64,000 nucleotides of DNA from Minisyncoccota bacterium (GTDB lineage Bacteria; Patescibacteriota; Minisyncoccia; UBA6257; XYB1-36-10): assembly GCA_041651415.1 (NCBI GenBank), contig JBAZJH010000002.1, positions 111,075-175,074 on the forward strand. The letters run 5' to 3'. A program made the position numbers and the translations under genes. The first letter of the stretch is position 1; every line of letters starts with the position of its first letter. Shown here one piece after another: positions 56,709 through 64,000 of the stretch. The notes under the pieces were generated by a model that was not told the DNA's origin, searched no databases, and was given only the letters and a program-made list of their open reading frames with translations.

Positions 56709-57200
56709 ATGACAGAATTCAAGTTCGGGCAGTTTGTGGCAAGCGCAATCAGGGTAGTGGATGTTATACTTTCGGGAAATTATCCGATAGAACAGGTTTT
56801 TGATCTGGTTTCTCATAAAAGGGTAAATTTTTTACCTCCAGATTGGAATGCTGAAAAAGGATATTTCATCGGTCGGGTAGAGGCTGATGAAGAGAGAGGT
56901 GTTCAAAGCGAAGATTCGCAATGCCTTGAAAGAGAAATTAGAATTTGGATAAATAATGGCAATCACAAAGAGAAAAATTTGATTACCATTATTTTCCGGC
57001 AAAGATATCTTGATGGGGACGAATTTGCTGGTTGGACAAAGTGGAAGATCGAGGAATTTCACTACAGAGACTTTTCTTCTGAAGAAAAAGAAGAATCTTG
57101 GAAGAAAATCAGTTTCTTGCGCGAGGGGAGAGTTTTAAGTCATGAAGATTGGATGGAGATGAAAGATTCTCGTTCATGGATTGTTGTTGTCGGTTGTTAG
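56709..57200 (+). CDS. hypothetical protein
   Basis: GGAGG SD, TTGACA-17-TATACT promoter, terminator at about 57228-57260. Confidence 0.65.
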   Translation: MTEFKFGQFVASAIRVVDVILSGNYPIEQVFDLVSHKRVNFLPPDWNAEKGYFIGRVEADEERGVQSEDSQCLEREIRIWINNGNHKEKNLITIIFRQRYLDGDEFAGWTKWKIEEFHYRDFSSEEKEESWKKISFLREGRVLSHEDWMEMKDSRSWIVVVGC

Positions 57201-57277
57201 TTTAGTAGAGTAGTCCAAAGTCAAAAAAATAGGGAGTTGCGAAATTGCAGCTCCCTTTTATTTTTTACTTGACTTTG

Positions 57278-57297
57278 ATGTTAGAAAGGACTAACAT
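57278..57297. promoter_or_regulatory. palindromic operator overlapping promoter
   Basis: ATGTTAG-N6-CTAACAT within TTGACT-17-TAACAT, upstream of a membrane protein/XRE pair. Confidence 0.6.
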
Positions 57298-57303
57298 TGG
57301 AAT

Positions 57304-57879
57304 ATGTTAAAAAAATCTAACAATAAGGGCATAAGTTTGAGGAGTTTTAAAATTATAAAAATTGCGGTGGCGATGATTATAGCCATGGTTGCAAGCAGGT
57401 CGATAATAGTCGGGGGGTTTATTCTGCCGATTATCACGATGGCGGCAGGATTTCTAATCGTTTTTTATTTTAAAAAACAAGTGAAAGAAGTCATGGCAGA
57501 TGAGAGAGATTATGAGGCGGGAGGGGTGGCGGCAAGATGGGCGATTCAGATATTCGGGATAGCGGCGGTTGTCATAATGTTTGTTCTTTACGCTTATCGA
57601 GAGATCAATCCTTTTTATGAAGCGGTGGCGGGAACTTTGGCTTATGCGGTTTGTTTTCTTTTAATTCTTTATTCTTTGATTTTTCATTATTACGAGAAGG
57701 CGAAGTTTTTTAGATGGAAAACTTCTTATATAGTTTTTGCGGCGATTATAGGAATAGTTGTTTTTTTGGCCGGAGCGAGATTGTTTTCAGGAGAGGACGA
57801 TTGGATTTGCAGAGGCGGAGAATGGGTGAAGCACGGCAATCCGAGTTTTGAAGCGCCAAGCGTGCCATGCAAAAAATAA
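57304..57879 (+). CDS. DUF2178-like membrane protein with C-terminal Cys-containing tail
   Basis: Multiple TM helices with DER motif; [14 protein letters not shown] tail; paired with XRE HTH. Confidence 0.7.
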   Translation: MLKKSNNKGISLRSFKIIKIAVAMIIAMVASRSIIVGGFILPIITMAAGFLIVFYFKKQVKEVMADERDYEAGGVAARWAIQIFGIAAVVIMFVLYAYREINPFYEAVAGTLAYAVCFLLILYSLIFHYYEKAKFFRWKTSYIVFAAIIGIVVFLAGARLFSGEDDWICRGGEWVKHGNPSFEAPSVPCKK

Positions 57880-57883
57880 AGAT

Positions 57884-58072
57884 ATGAAAAACAGAATAAA
57901 GGAACTCAGAGTAAAAAGAGGAATGACGCAGGAGGAGTTGGCGGAAATGGCGGGAGTGAGGAGAGAGACGATTGTTTTTTTAGAGCAGGGGAAATATAAT
58001 CCGTCGCTTAATTTGGCGCATAGCGTGGCAAAAATCTTAAAAACCAAAATAGAAGATTTGTTTTTGTTTTAA
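57884..58072 (+). CDS. XRE/Cro-C1 family HTH regulator
   Basis: MKNRIKELR...TQEELA...[19 protein letters not shown]. Confidence 0.92.
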   Translation: MKNRIKELRVKRGMTQEELAEMAGVRRETIVFLEQGKYNPSLNLAHSVAKILKTKIEDLFLF

Positions 58073-58077
58073 AAAAT

Positions 58078-58201
58078 AAAACTCTACGGCCGTTAGGCCG
58101 TAGAATCTTAAAGTTTCACCCCGCCTACGACGGGGTTTTATTAAATCTTAGCCGTGAAAATTCCTAAGTTGACATACGGGGTTTTCTCGGAGATTTAACA
58201 A
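58078..58201 (+). repeat. family A repeat, copy 5
   Basis: Directly after the HTH gene stop codon. Confidence 0.85.
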
Positions 58202-58236
58202 AAAAGCCCGAGGGAGTCGGGCTAAGAGAGGGGAGA

Positions 58237-58494
58237 TTAAAGTTTTTCTAGGATGTCTTTTAAAAGGTCTTTGTCGCGAAGAGCGAGTTTTTTTGAAGAT
58301 CCAAGCCATTCTTCCGGAGTTATCTCATTAGTTTCCGGGATTGATTCATCGAAAGAAACTAAAGGATCAGTTTCTATCTTGACTGGCAGGTTAAGAGAGG
58401 AGAATAGATTATTCGGGTCGATACCGTGAATTTCCTCAAAGTGTTCAAAAAAGTCTTCATCTGTATAGGGTTTTCCTTTGTAAACGTCGGGCAT
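58237..58494 (-). CDS. small acidic hypothetical protein
   Basis: AAAGGAG SD; C-terminus resembles the upstream ORF. Confidence 0.6.
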   Translation of the reverse strand: MPDVYKGKPYTDEDFFEHFEEIHGIDPNNLFSSLNLPVKIETDPLVSFDESIPETNEITPEEWLGSSKKLALRDKDLLKDILEKL

Positions 58495-58495
58495 A

Positions 58496-58696
58496 TTATT
58501 TCTCTCCTTTCTGGAAAGTGTTTGGATTGAGGAGTTCGTCTGTTATTTCGCGAAGCAGAGGCGCATCTCTTGTGATAAGAGTTAGAAAATTTTCTGAAAA
58601 TCTTGGTCCAAGTGGGTAAAGATTGGGATTATTTGAAGGATCAAGGTCTCCAAATTTTTCATCCATCCATGGTTCAGCAGCTAAAATTCCAGGCAT
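58496..58696 (-). CDS. small acidic hypothetical protein
   Basis: AAAGGAG SD; 1 nt from the next ORF. Confidence 0.6.
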   Translation of the reverse strand: MPGILAAEPWMDEKFGDLDPSNNPNLYPLGPRFSENFLTLITRDAPLLREITDELLNPNTFQKGEK

Positions 58697-58911
58697 AGCA
58701 GTTCTCCTTTCTTTTTATTAGATTCAAAAGTGAGAGCTATTTATTTTTTAACTAATCTAGGTTCTGATTTAATAATAAGAGTTTTTTAGAAAAAGAAAAG
58801 AAATGTAATCTTTAGACAAGATTAGAAACTAATCTTGTAAAATAGGAAAGGCAGTTGTTTTTAAGAAGAAGCGTGGTAAAGTAAAGGCAAATTATAATTA
58901 GCTTTTAAAAT

Positions 58912-59682
58912 ATGGAAGAATTACTTTTTTACGGGGAGATTGTTTTAGGGATTATCGTTCTTGCAGTGCTGTTTTTGAGACAAGTAAACCAATATGAAAG
59001 AGGTGTGAAATTCACAATGGGAAGGTTTGTCGGGATAAAAAATTCGGGATGGAGAATTGTTGTGCCGGTATTCCAATCGATGACAAGGGTGGATATGAGA
59101 GTAAAGGCGGTAGATGTGCCGGATCAAAAGGCGATAACTAAAGATAATATATCAGTTGGAGTAAATGCAGTTATTTATTATAAAGTAATGGATGCGGGAA
59201 AGGCGATTATGGAAGTGGAAAATTTCCGCTACGCGGTTTCGCAACTGGCGCAGACAACAATGAGAAACACAGTAGGCGAAGTGGAGCTTGACGAACTCTT
59301 AAGCTCAAGAGAAAAAGTTTCGGAGAGAATCAGGAGCGTGGTAGATGCGGCGAGCGATCCATGGGGAATAAAAGTGGACAATGTGGAATTGAAAGATGTG
59401 TCTTTGCCGGAGAATATGGAAAGAACAATCGCCAAACAAGCGGAAGCGGAAAGAGAAAAGAGAGCGGTGATTATAAAAGCGGAGGGAGAAGTGGCGGCGG
59501 CAGAAAATATGGCAAAGGCGGCGGGCATATTAGCTTCTTCGGAAGGAGCTTTGCATCTAAGAACGCTGCAATCAATAAACGACATAAGTTCGGACCAATC
59601 AAACACGGTGGTGTTTGCGATTCCGCTTGAAGTGCTTCGGGCATTTGAGGGATTAAAAAAGAAGAAGGAAGGAAACGAATAG
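58912..59682 (+). CDS. SPFH/stomatin-like (slipin) protein
   Basis: YERGV, ITKDN, LAQTTMR, PWGIKV, AEAEREKRA, LRTLQ. Confidence 0.93.
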   Translation: MEELLFYGEIVLGIIVLAVLFLRQVNQYERGVKFTMGRFVGIKNSGWRIVVPVFQSMTRVDMRVKAVDVPDQKAITKDNISVGVNAVIYYKVMDAGKAIMEVENFRYAVSQLAQTTMRNTVGEVELDELLSSREKVSERIRSVVDAASDPWGIKVDNVELKDVSLPENMERTIAKQAEAEREKRAVIIKAEGEVAAAENMAKAAGILASSEGALHLRTLQSINDISSDQSNTVVFAIPLEVLRAFEGLKKKKEGNE

Positions 59683-59769
59683 AAAATTTTATTAAATAGC
59701 GGAGTAAAAAATCCCGGCTGGAAAATGGCTGGGATTTTTTATTTTTTTATTTGGCGGTAAAATTAAAGA

Positions 59770-60300
59770 ATGGATATGAAAAAAGCTTTGGGAATTTTAT
59801 TAATTTTATTAATTGCGGGAGCCGTTGGGTATTACTTTTTAAATAAAAGCGGGAACTTGAAGGGAGGAGAAACGGGCGAAGTTATAGACCCTCTAAATGC
59901 GGTTTATAAAGCAGAAGGAGGAATTTTTTCTATGGAAAATGGAACAGCAAAAGAAAAAGTCAATTCAATGAGCGGGGAAGCGGCGGAAGTTAAAATTTTT
60001 GGACAGCCAGTTTTCGGAGATTTAAACCAAGATGGAAAGGAAGAGGCGGCGGTTATAATCAGCTATAAAAATAAAAAAGGAGAAGCGTTTTATGCGGCGG
60101 CGGCTGTCAGAGATAAAAACAGCCAAGAAACAAAAGGAACTAATGCTTTGATTTTAGGGGAAGGAGTGGTGCCGAAGAAAATCTTAATAGAAGGAGGGAA
60201 GATATTGGTGAGTTATGAGGTAAAAACGAAAGAACTAACTCCGGTTATAATAGTTGGGAGATTTAGAGTGGAGGAGACGGAGCTAAGGCCGTCTAATTAA
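59770..60300 (+). CDS. membrane-anchored hypothetical protein
   Basis: N-terminal TM; GDLNQDGKEE Ca-binding-like loop. Confidence 0.7.
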   Translation: MDMKKALGILLILLIAGAVGYYFLNKSGNLKGGETGEVIDPLNAVYKAEGGIFSMENGTAKEKVNSMSGEAAEVKIFGQPVFGDLNQDGKEEAAVIISYKNKKGEAFYAAAAVRDKNSQETKGTNALILGEGVVPKKILIEGGKILVSYEVKTKELTPVIIVGRFRVEETELRPSN

Positions 60301-60375
60301 GAAAAAGGGGGAATTCTTGCAAAAAAGCTTCTTTTTAGGGCATACTTTGAAAGAGGGGTGTTTTTATATAAAAAG

Positions 60376-60843
60376 ATGACAAAAGTAAAAGTTCCATTTT
60401 TCAAGCAGGATACTGTTTATTCCTGCGGGCCGACGGCATTACAAATGGTCTTTCTTTTCTTTGGAAAGATGAAAAGCGAGGAAGAATTGATAAAAAAGCT
60501 TAAAACAAGGAAAGATGAAGGAACCAGCCATACAAAAATGAAGGAGGGAGCCAGAAAATGCGGTTTTAGAGTTATAACAAGGGAAGGCGCAACGATAACA
60601 ACGATTAAGAGTTTTTTAAAGAAAAACAGGCCGGTGATTGTTAATTACATTGAAACAGAAAATAACGAAGGCCATTATGCAGTAGTGACCGGTATAAACA
60701 AGGGATATATTGTAATGAATGACCCGTGGTATGGAAAAAATTTTAAAATGGAGAAAGGAGAATTTGTGAAAAGATGGAGAAGCGAATATGAAGAAAGCAG
60801 AAAATGGCTGATGGTGATTTCGGAGAAAAGACAGGAGGCTTAG
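60376..60843 (+). CDS. C39-like cysteine peptidase
   Basis: QDTVYSCGPTAL (Cys), GHY (His), NDPW (Asp). Confidence 0.85.
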   Translation: MTKVKVPFFKQDTVYSCGPTALQMVFLFFGKMKSEEELIKKLKTRKDEGTSHTKMKEGARKCGFRVITREGATITTIKSFLKKNRPVIVNYIETENNEGHYAVVTGINKGYIVMNDPWYGKNFKMEKGEFVKRWRSEYEESRKWLMVISEKRQEA

Positions 60844-61040
60844 CAAGTTTATATTTTGATAGTAAAAAACAGCCGAAAAATATTTTTAGCGGTTGATTTT
60901 TTTCGGATATCGAGAGGTGTATAATAAGGACAGAATTTTGAGATAAAAAAACCTTGCCAGACAGCGGGGTAAAGTCCGCCTACATTATGGTTATAGTGAG
61001 ACATCCCGACGCAAGAGTCGGAGCAAGAAGGAGAAAGGCG

Positions 61041-61583
61041 ATGAGTGCGGAAAAAGAAAGGAAAAAAAATGAATTTTTTGGAGGGAATGAAAAACTTTTG
61101 GAAGTGAGAAATAGAATAATTATTCCCTCTTCTTTTGATATTAAAGGAAGAGGGATAACTGGGTTATTGGAAAATAATGAAGTAGAGATAAGAAACGGAG
61201 CGGGGGAGATGGATTGGATAAGAGGCGGATATGGAGAGACTTCTGAATCAGGAGTTTTAACAATTAAGATTTTAGATCCTCTTAATGCATCCGATATAAT
61301 AAGAACAGAAAAAAAGGGGAGAGAGTTTTTAATTAAGAGAACTTTAACTCCTTTACAGGTTTCTTTTGTTCTTATTTCTGAGGCGGGCAGATTTTTAGAG
61401 AAGAAAGGCGGTTATAATTATTTGTTCTTTATTTTCAATCCGGATAGAAAAGAAGAGGAAGGAAAACTTTTTGTTTTAGAGATAAGCTGGCTTTCTTCGG
61501 AAAAAAGATGGCAAGGATCTTTGACTGGAGAAAATTTTCCCAATAAAAAAGATCCGGGAAGTTTGATATTTTTGAAAAATTAA
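61041..61583 (+). CDS. hypothetical protein
   Basis: AGGAG SD before ATG 61041; terminator downstream. Confidence 0.6.
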   Translation: MSAEKERKKNEFFGGNEKLLEVRNRIIIPSSFDIKGRGITGLLENNEVEIRNGAGEMDWIRGGYGETSESGVLTIKILDPLNASDIIRTEKKGREFLIKRTLTPLQVSFVLISEAGRFLEKKGGYNYLFFIFNPDRKEEEGKLFVLEISWLSSEKRWQGSLTGENFPNKKDPGSLIFLKN

Positions 61584-61746
61584 GGGCAGGAACTGTTTTG
61601 TTCCTCCGATACAGAAAGCGTGCCGGAGGATTTTTTTTCCAATAATTTTTTATGTAGTTTGACTTTTTAAAAAATAATGTTATATTTAAGAAAAAGAAAT
61701 ATCGGCAAAAGAATGGAATTTTAACCTTATTTTTTTGTATTTATAA

Positions 61747-62316
61747 ATGGAATTGGAAAACAAAACAGAAAAAAGCGATGAACAACTTATTTCCCTGATA
61801 AAAGAAGGGGGGGTTGAACATTTTCGAGAAATCATGGAAAGATACGAAAAAAAGATATTTTTTTACGTGCGGAGATTTTTAAATAATCAAGACGATGCAA
61901 GAGATTTGACGCAGGATGTTTTTATAAAAGTTTATAAGAATATCCAAAGTTTTGATTCGGAAAAAAGATTTTCCCCGTGGATTTACAGAATTGCCCATAA
62001 CGAGGCGATAAACACCATAAAGAAAAAAATAAAAGAGCCGCTGAATTTTTTCGACCCGGAGGTTTTGTTTCCGCATCCGATGGCCGCTGAAGACCCGCAA
62101 AATGACGCGGAAAGAAGCGAGATAAAAAAAGCGCTCGGAGAATGTTTGGAGGATGTCGATGAAAAATACAAGGAAGTTTTGGTTTTAAGATATTTTGAAG
62201 ATATGGATTATAAAGACATTGCGGAAATTTTGAAAATTCCGGTTGTGACGGTTGGGGTAAGACTAAACCGGGGAAAAGACAAATTAAGGGAAATTTACGA
62301 AAAAAAATTCAAATAA
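61747..62316 (+). CDS. ECF sigma-70 family factor (SigW-like)
   Basis: DLTQDVFIK, FSPWIYRIAHN, LRYFEDMDYKDIAEIL. Confidence 0.93.
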   Translation: MELENKTEKSDEQLISLIKEGGVEHFREIMERYEKKIFFYVRRFLNNQDDARDLTQDVFIKVYKNIQSFDSEKRFSPWIYRIAHNEAINTIKKKIKEPLNFFDPEVLFPHPMAAEDPQNDAERSEIKKALGECLEDVDEKYKEVLVLRYFEDMDYKDIAEILKIPVVTVGVRLNRGKDKLREIYEKKFK

Positions 62317-62319
62317 AAA

Positions 62320-63021
62320 ATGGAAAACGAAAAACAAAATAAAATTGCGGACGAGATTCTCGGCAAAATAAAAAGAGGGGAAGTGAAGATGTTGCCGAAA
62401 TCTTACTTTTTAATGAAGTCGATTCTTTACGCGGCGGTTTCGGTTTTTGCGATTGTTTTCGCGACATTTTTTGCGGCCTTAGTTTTTTATATTCTAAAAA
62501 TAAACGGATTTTTGAGTTTGCCGCAATTCGGTTTGAAGGGGCTGCGCGATTTTGTTTTGTCTTTGCCGGTTTTCCTTTTAGCGACAGCGATTTTATTCAT
62601 AGTGGCGGCGACAATGTTTTTATCAGAATATCCGGCAACTTACAGAAGGCCGCTCATATACTCCGTTGGAAGTTTACTCATTATCTTAAGCTTGGGACTT
62701 TTATTCATAACAAAAGCAGTTTCTTTTAGAAGGGTAGTTTATAACGAAATAGAAAGCGGGGAGGTGCCGGTTATTTCTTCTTTTTACGATTATATAAAGG
62801 AGACGAATCCGAGGAATGTTTTAAAAGGAAGAGTGGAAAATGTTTATAGCAACAGCTTTTTGATGGACGTGGGAGACGGGGAAGAAGTGAGGGTGGTTTA
62901 CGGGCCGCAAACTTCGGTTTATTCGGAGGGAGGGATAAGAAGCGGGGATTATGTGATAGTGCATGGAAGAAGAAACGGAAATTCAATAGGGGCTTTTGTA
63001 GTGGAGAGGGTGGAGGAATAA
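62320..63021 (+). CDS. membrane protein, putative anti-sigma with C-terminal OB-like domain
   Basis: 3 TM helices, directly after the ECF gene; GRV...GDYVIVHG tail. Confidence 0.65.
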   Translation: MENEKQNKIADEILGKIKRGEVKMLPKSYFLMKSILYAAVSVFAIVFATFFAALVFYILKINGFLSLPQFGLKGLRDFVLSLPVFLLATAILFIVAATMFLSEYPATYRRPLIYSVGSLLIILSLGLLFITKAVSFRRVVYNEIESGEVPVISSFYDYIKETNPRNVLKGRVENVYSNSFLMDVGDGEEVRVVYGPQTSVYSEGGIRSGDYVIVHGRRNGNSIGAFVVERVEE

Positions 63022-63060
63022 AAAGATTTTTGTTTAATTTTAGAGAATAATTGTAGGGAT

Positions 63061-63205
63061 AAAAAAATCAGAATATGATTTTAAGAGAGCGCTCCAAGGC
63101 CGCTAGGCCGGTCTTACTCTCCTAAAATCATATTCTGATTTTTCTTTAAAATTATTTTGAAAGAGGGGGAAGAGGTGATAATAAGGAAGCTCCGACACAA
63201 GGTTG
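63061..63205. repeat. divergent family B-like element
   Basis: Long stem AAAAAATCAGAATATGATTTTA/TAAAATCATATTCTGATTTTTT followed by GGGGGAAGAGGTGATAATAA. Confidence 0.6.
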
Positions 63206-63319
63206 AAGTTTTTATTTTATTTGAAAAGAAAAGAAGCAGAGAGTAAGATTAAAAAATAATAAATTTTAATGTAATCCTTCGATAAACTCAGGAAATAATA
63301 TCAAGACTGATAAAAAAAT

Positions 63320-64000
63320 ATGAAATTCAGCTATTTGGATAAAAAGGACAAGAAGCTTTCAGAGCTTATAAAGAAAGAGATAAAGCGGCAGGAGGAGACG
63401 CTTGATTTGATCGCTTCGGAAAATTTAGCGCCGAGAGGAGCGCTTGAGGCGCTGGGGTCGCCCTTAGTCAATAAATATTCAGAAGGATATCCGGGAGCGA
63501 GATATTATCCGGGAAACAAGTTTTATGACAAAATAGAAATTTTAGCGCAAGAAAGAGCGCTTAAAGCTTTTCAATTGAAACCGGAAGAGTGGGGAGTGAA
63601 TGCGCAGCCGTATTCCGGGTCGCCGGCAAATTTGGCGGTTTATATGGCTTTAATTCAGCCGGGAGATTTGATTATGGGAATGAATCTATCTTCAGGGGGG
63701 CATTTGACGCATGGGCACAAGGCGTCGGCGACGGGAAAAATTTTTAAATCAATCCAATACGGAGTGGGAGAAGACGGTAGAATAAATTATGACGAGGTTT
63801 TGAAATTAGTAATGGAGCATAAACCAAAAATAATAATAACGGGAGCGACGGCTTATTCGAGAGAAATAGATTTCAAAAAATTCGGAGAGATTGCCAAAAA
63901 AGCGGGAGCTTATCACGTGGCAGATATTTCGCATATTGCGGGACTTGTGGCAGCGGGAGTCCATATGTCGCCCTTTCCATATGCGGACGCGGTGACGATG
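63320..64000 (+). CDS. glyA: serine hydroxymethyltransferase (3' truncated; not in ORF track)
   Basis: LIASEN, NKYSEGYPGARYY, QPYSGSPAN, GGHLTHG, DISHIAGL. Confidence 0.96.
   Translation, partial: MKFSYLDKKDKKLSELIKKEIKRQEETLDLIASENLAPRGALEALGSPLVNKYSEGYPGARYYPGNKFYDKIEILAQERALKAFQLKPEEWGVNAQPYSGSPANLAVYMALIQPGDLIMGMNLSSGGHLTHGHKASATGKIFKSIQYGVGEDGRINYDEVLKLVMEHKPKIIITGATAYSREIDFKKFGEIAKKAGAYHVADISHIAGLVAAGVHMSPFPYADAVTM

Noticed and set aside
56100-57260. Integrative element at tRNA-His
   Set aside because: Orphan ORFs follow the tRNA, but I found no integrase or duplicated tRNA-His 3' end in the window
1-64000. Alternative genetic code (UGA=Gly as in Gracilibacteria/SR1)
   Set aside because: Core genes are full length under code 11 with no in-frame TGA, and TGA ends several ORFs

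Overview
A 64 kb, AT-rich chromosomal segment from a small-genome bacterium, very likely Patescibacteria/CPR (Parcubacteria-like). This is inferred from SD-less housekeeping genes, a short trigger factor and YebC, a membrane-anchored Clp ATPase, a lamin-tail protein and a histidine-phosphatase insertion in IleRS. Standard genetic code 11. It holds the jag-yidC-rnpA-rpmH/dnaA-dnaN block, an array of 8 parS sites, core genes (nusA, hppA, tig, clpP, PBP1A, ruvC, yebC, pilB/gspE, ruvB, tsaE, polA, rnj, ileS, smpB, tmRNA, infC-rpmI-rplT, udg, rpsT, holA, secG, gpmI-like, rny, HU, two ECF sigma factors, glyA) and seven tRNAs. The points most worth following up are: (1) a 4-gene islet with a PfkB kinase, a degenerate MetRS-like paralog, a Pol-beta-type nucleotidyltransferase and a convergent alpha/beta hydrolase; (2) a group I intron in tRNA-Phe(GAA); (3) two dispersed structured repeat families whose stems covary, one resembling anti-Shine-Dalgarno sRNAs next to SD-led small-protein cassettes; (4) a promoter-bearing ncRNA between pilB and ruvB; (5) a tRNA-Pro 3'-end duplication element; (6) an unannotated 44-aa peptide that is 61% Asp/Glu; (7) a probably inactive iPGM. 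All protein calls come from motif recognition by eye; no database searches were run.
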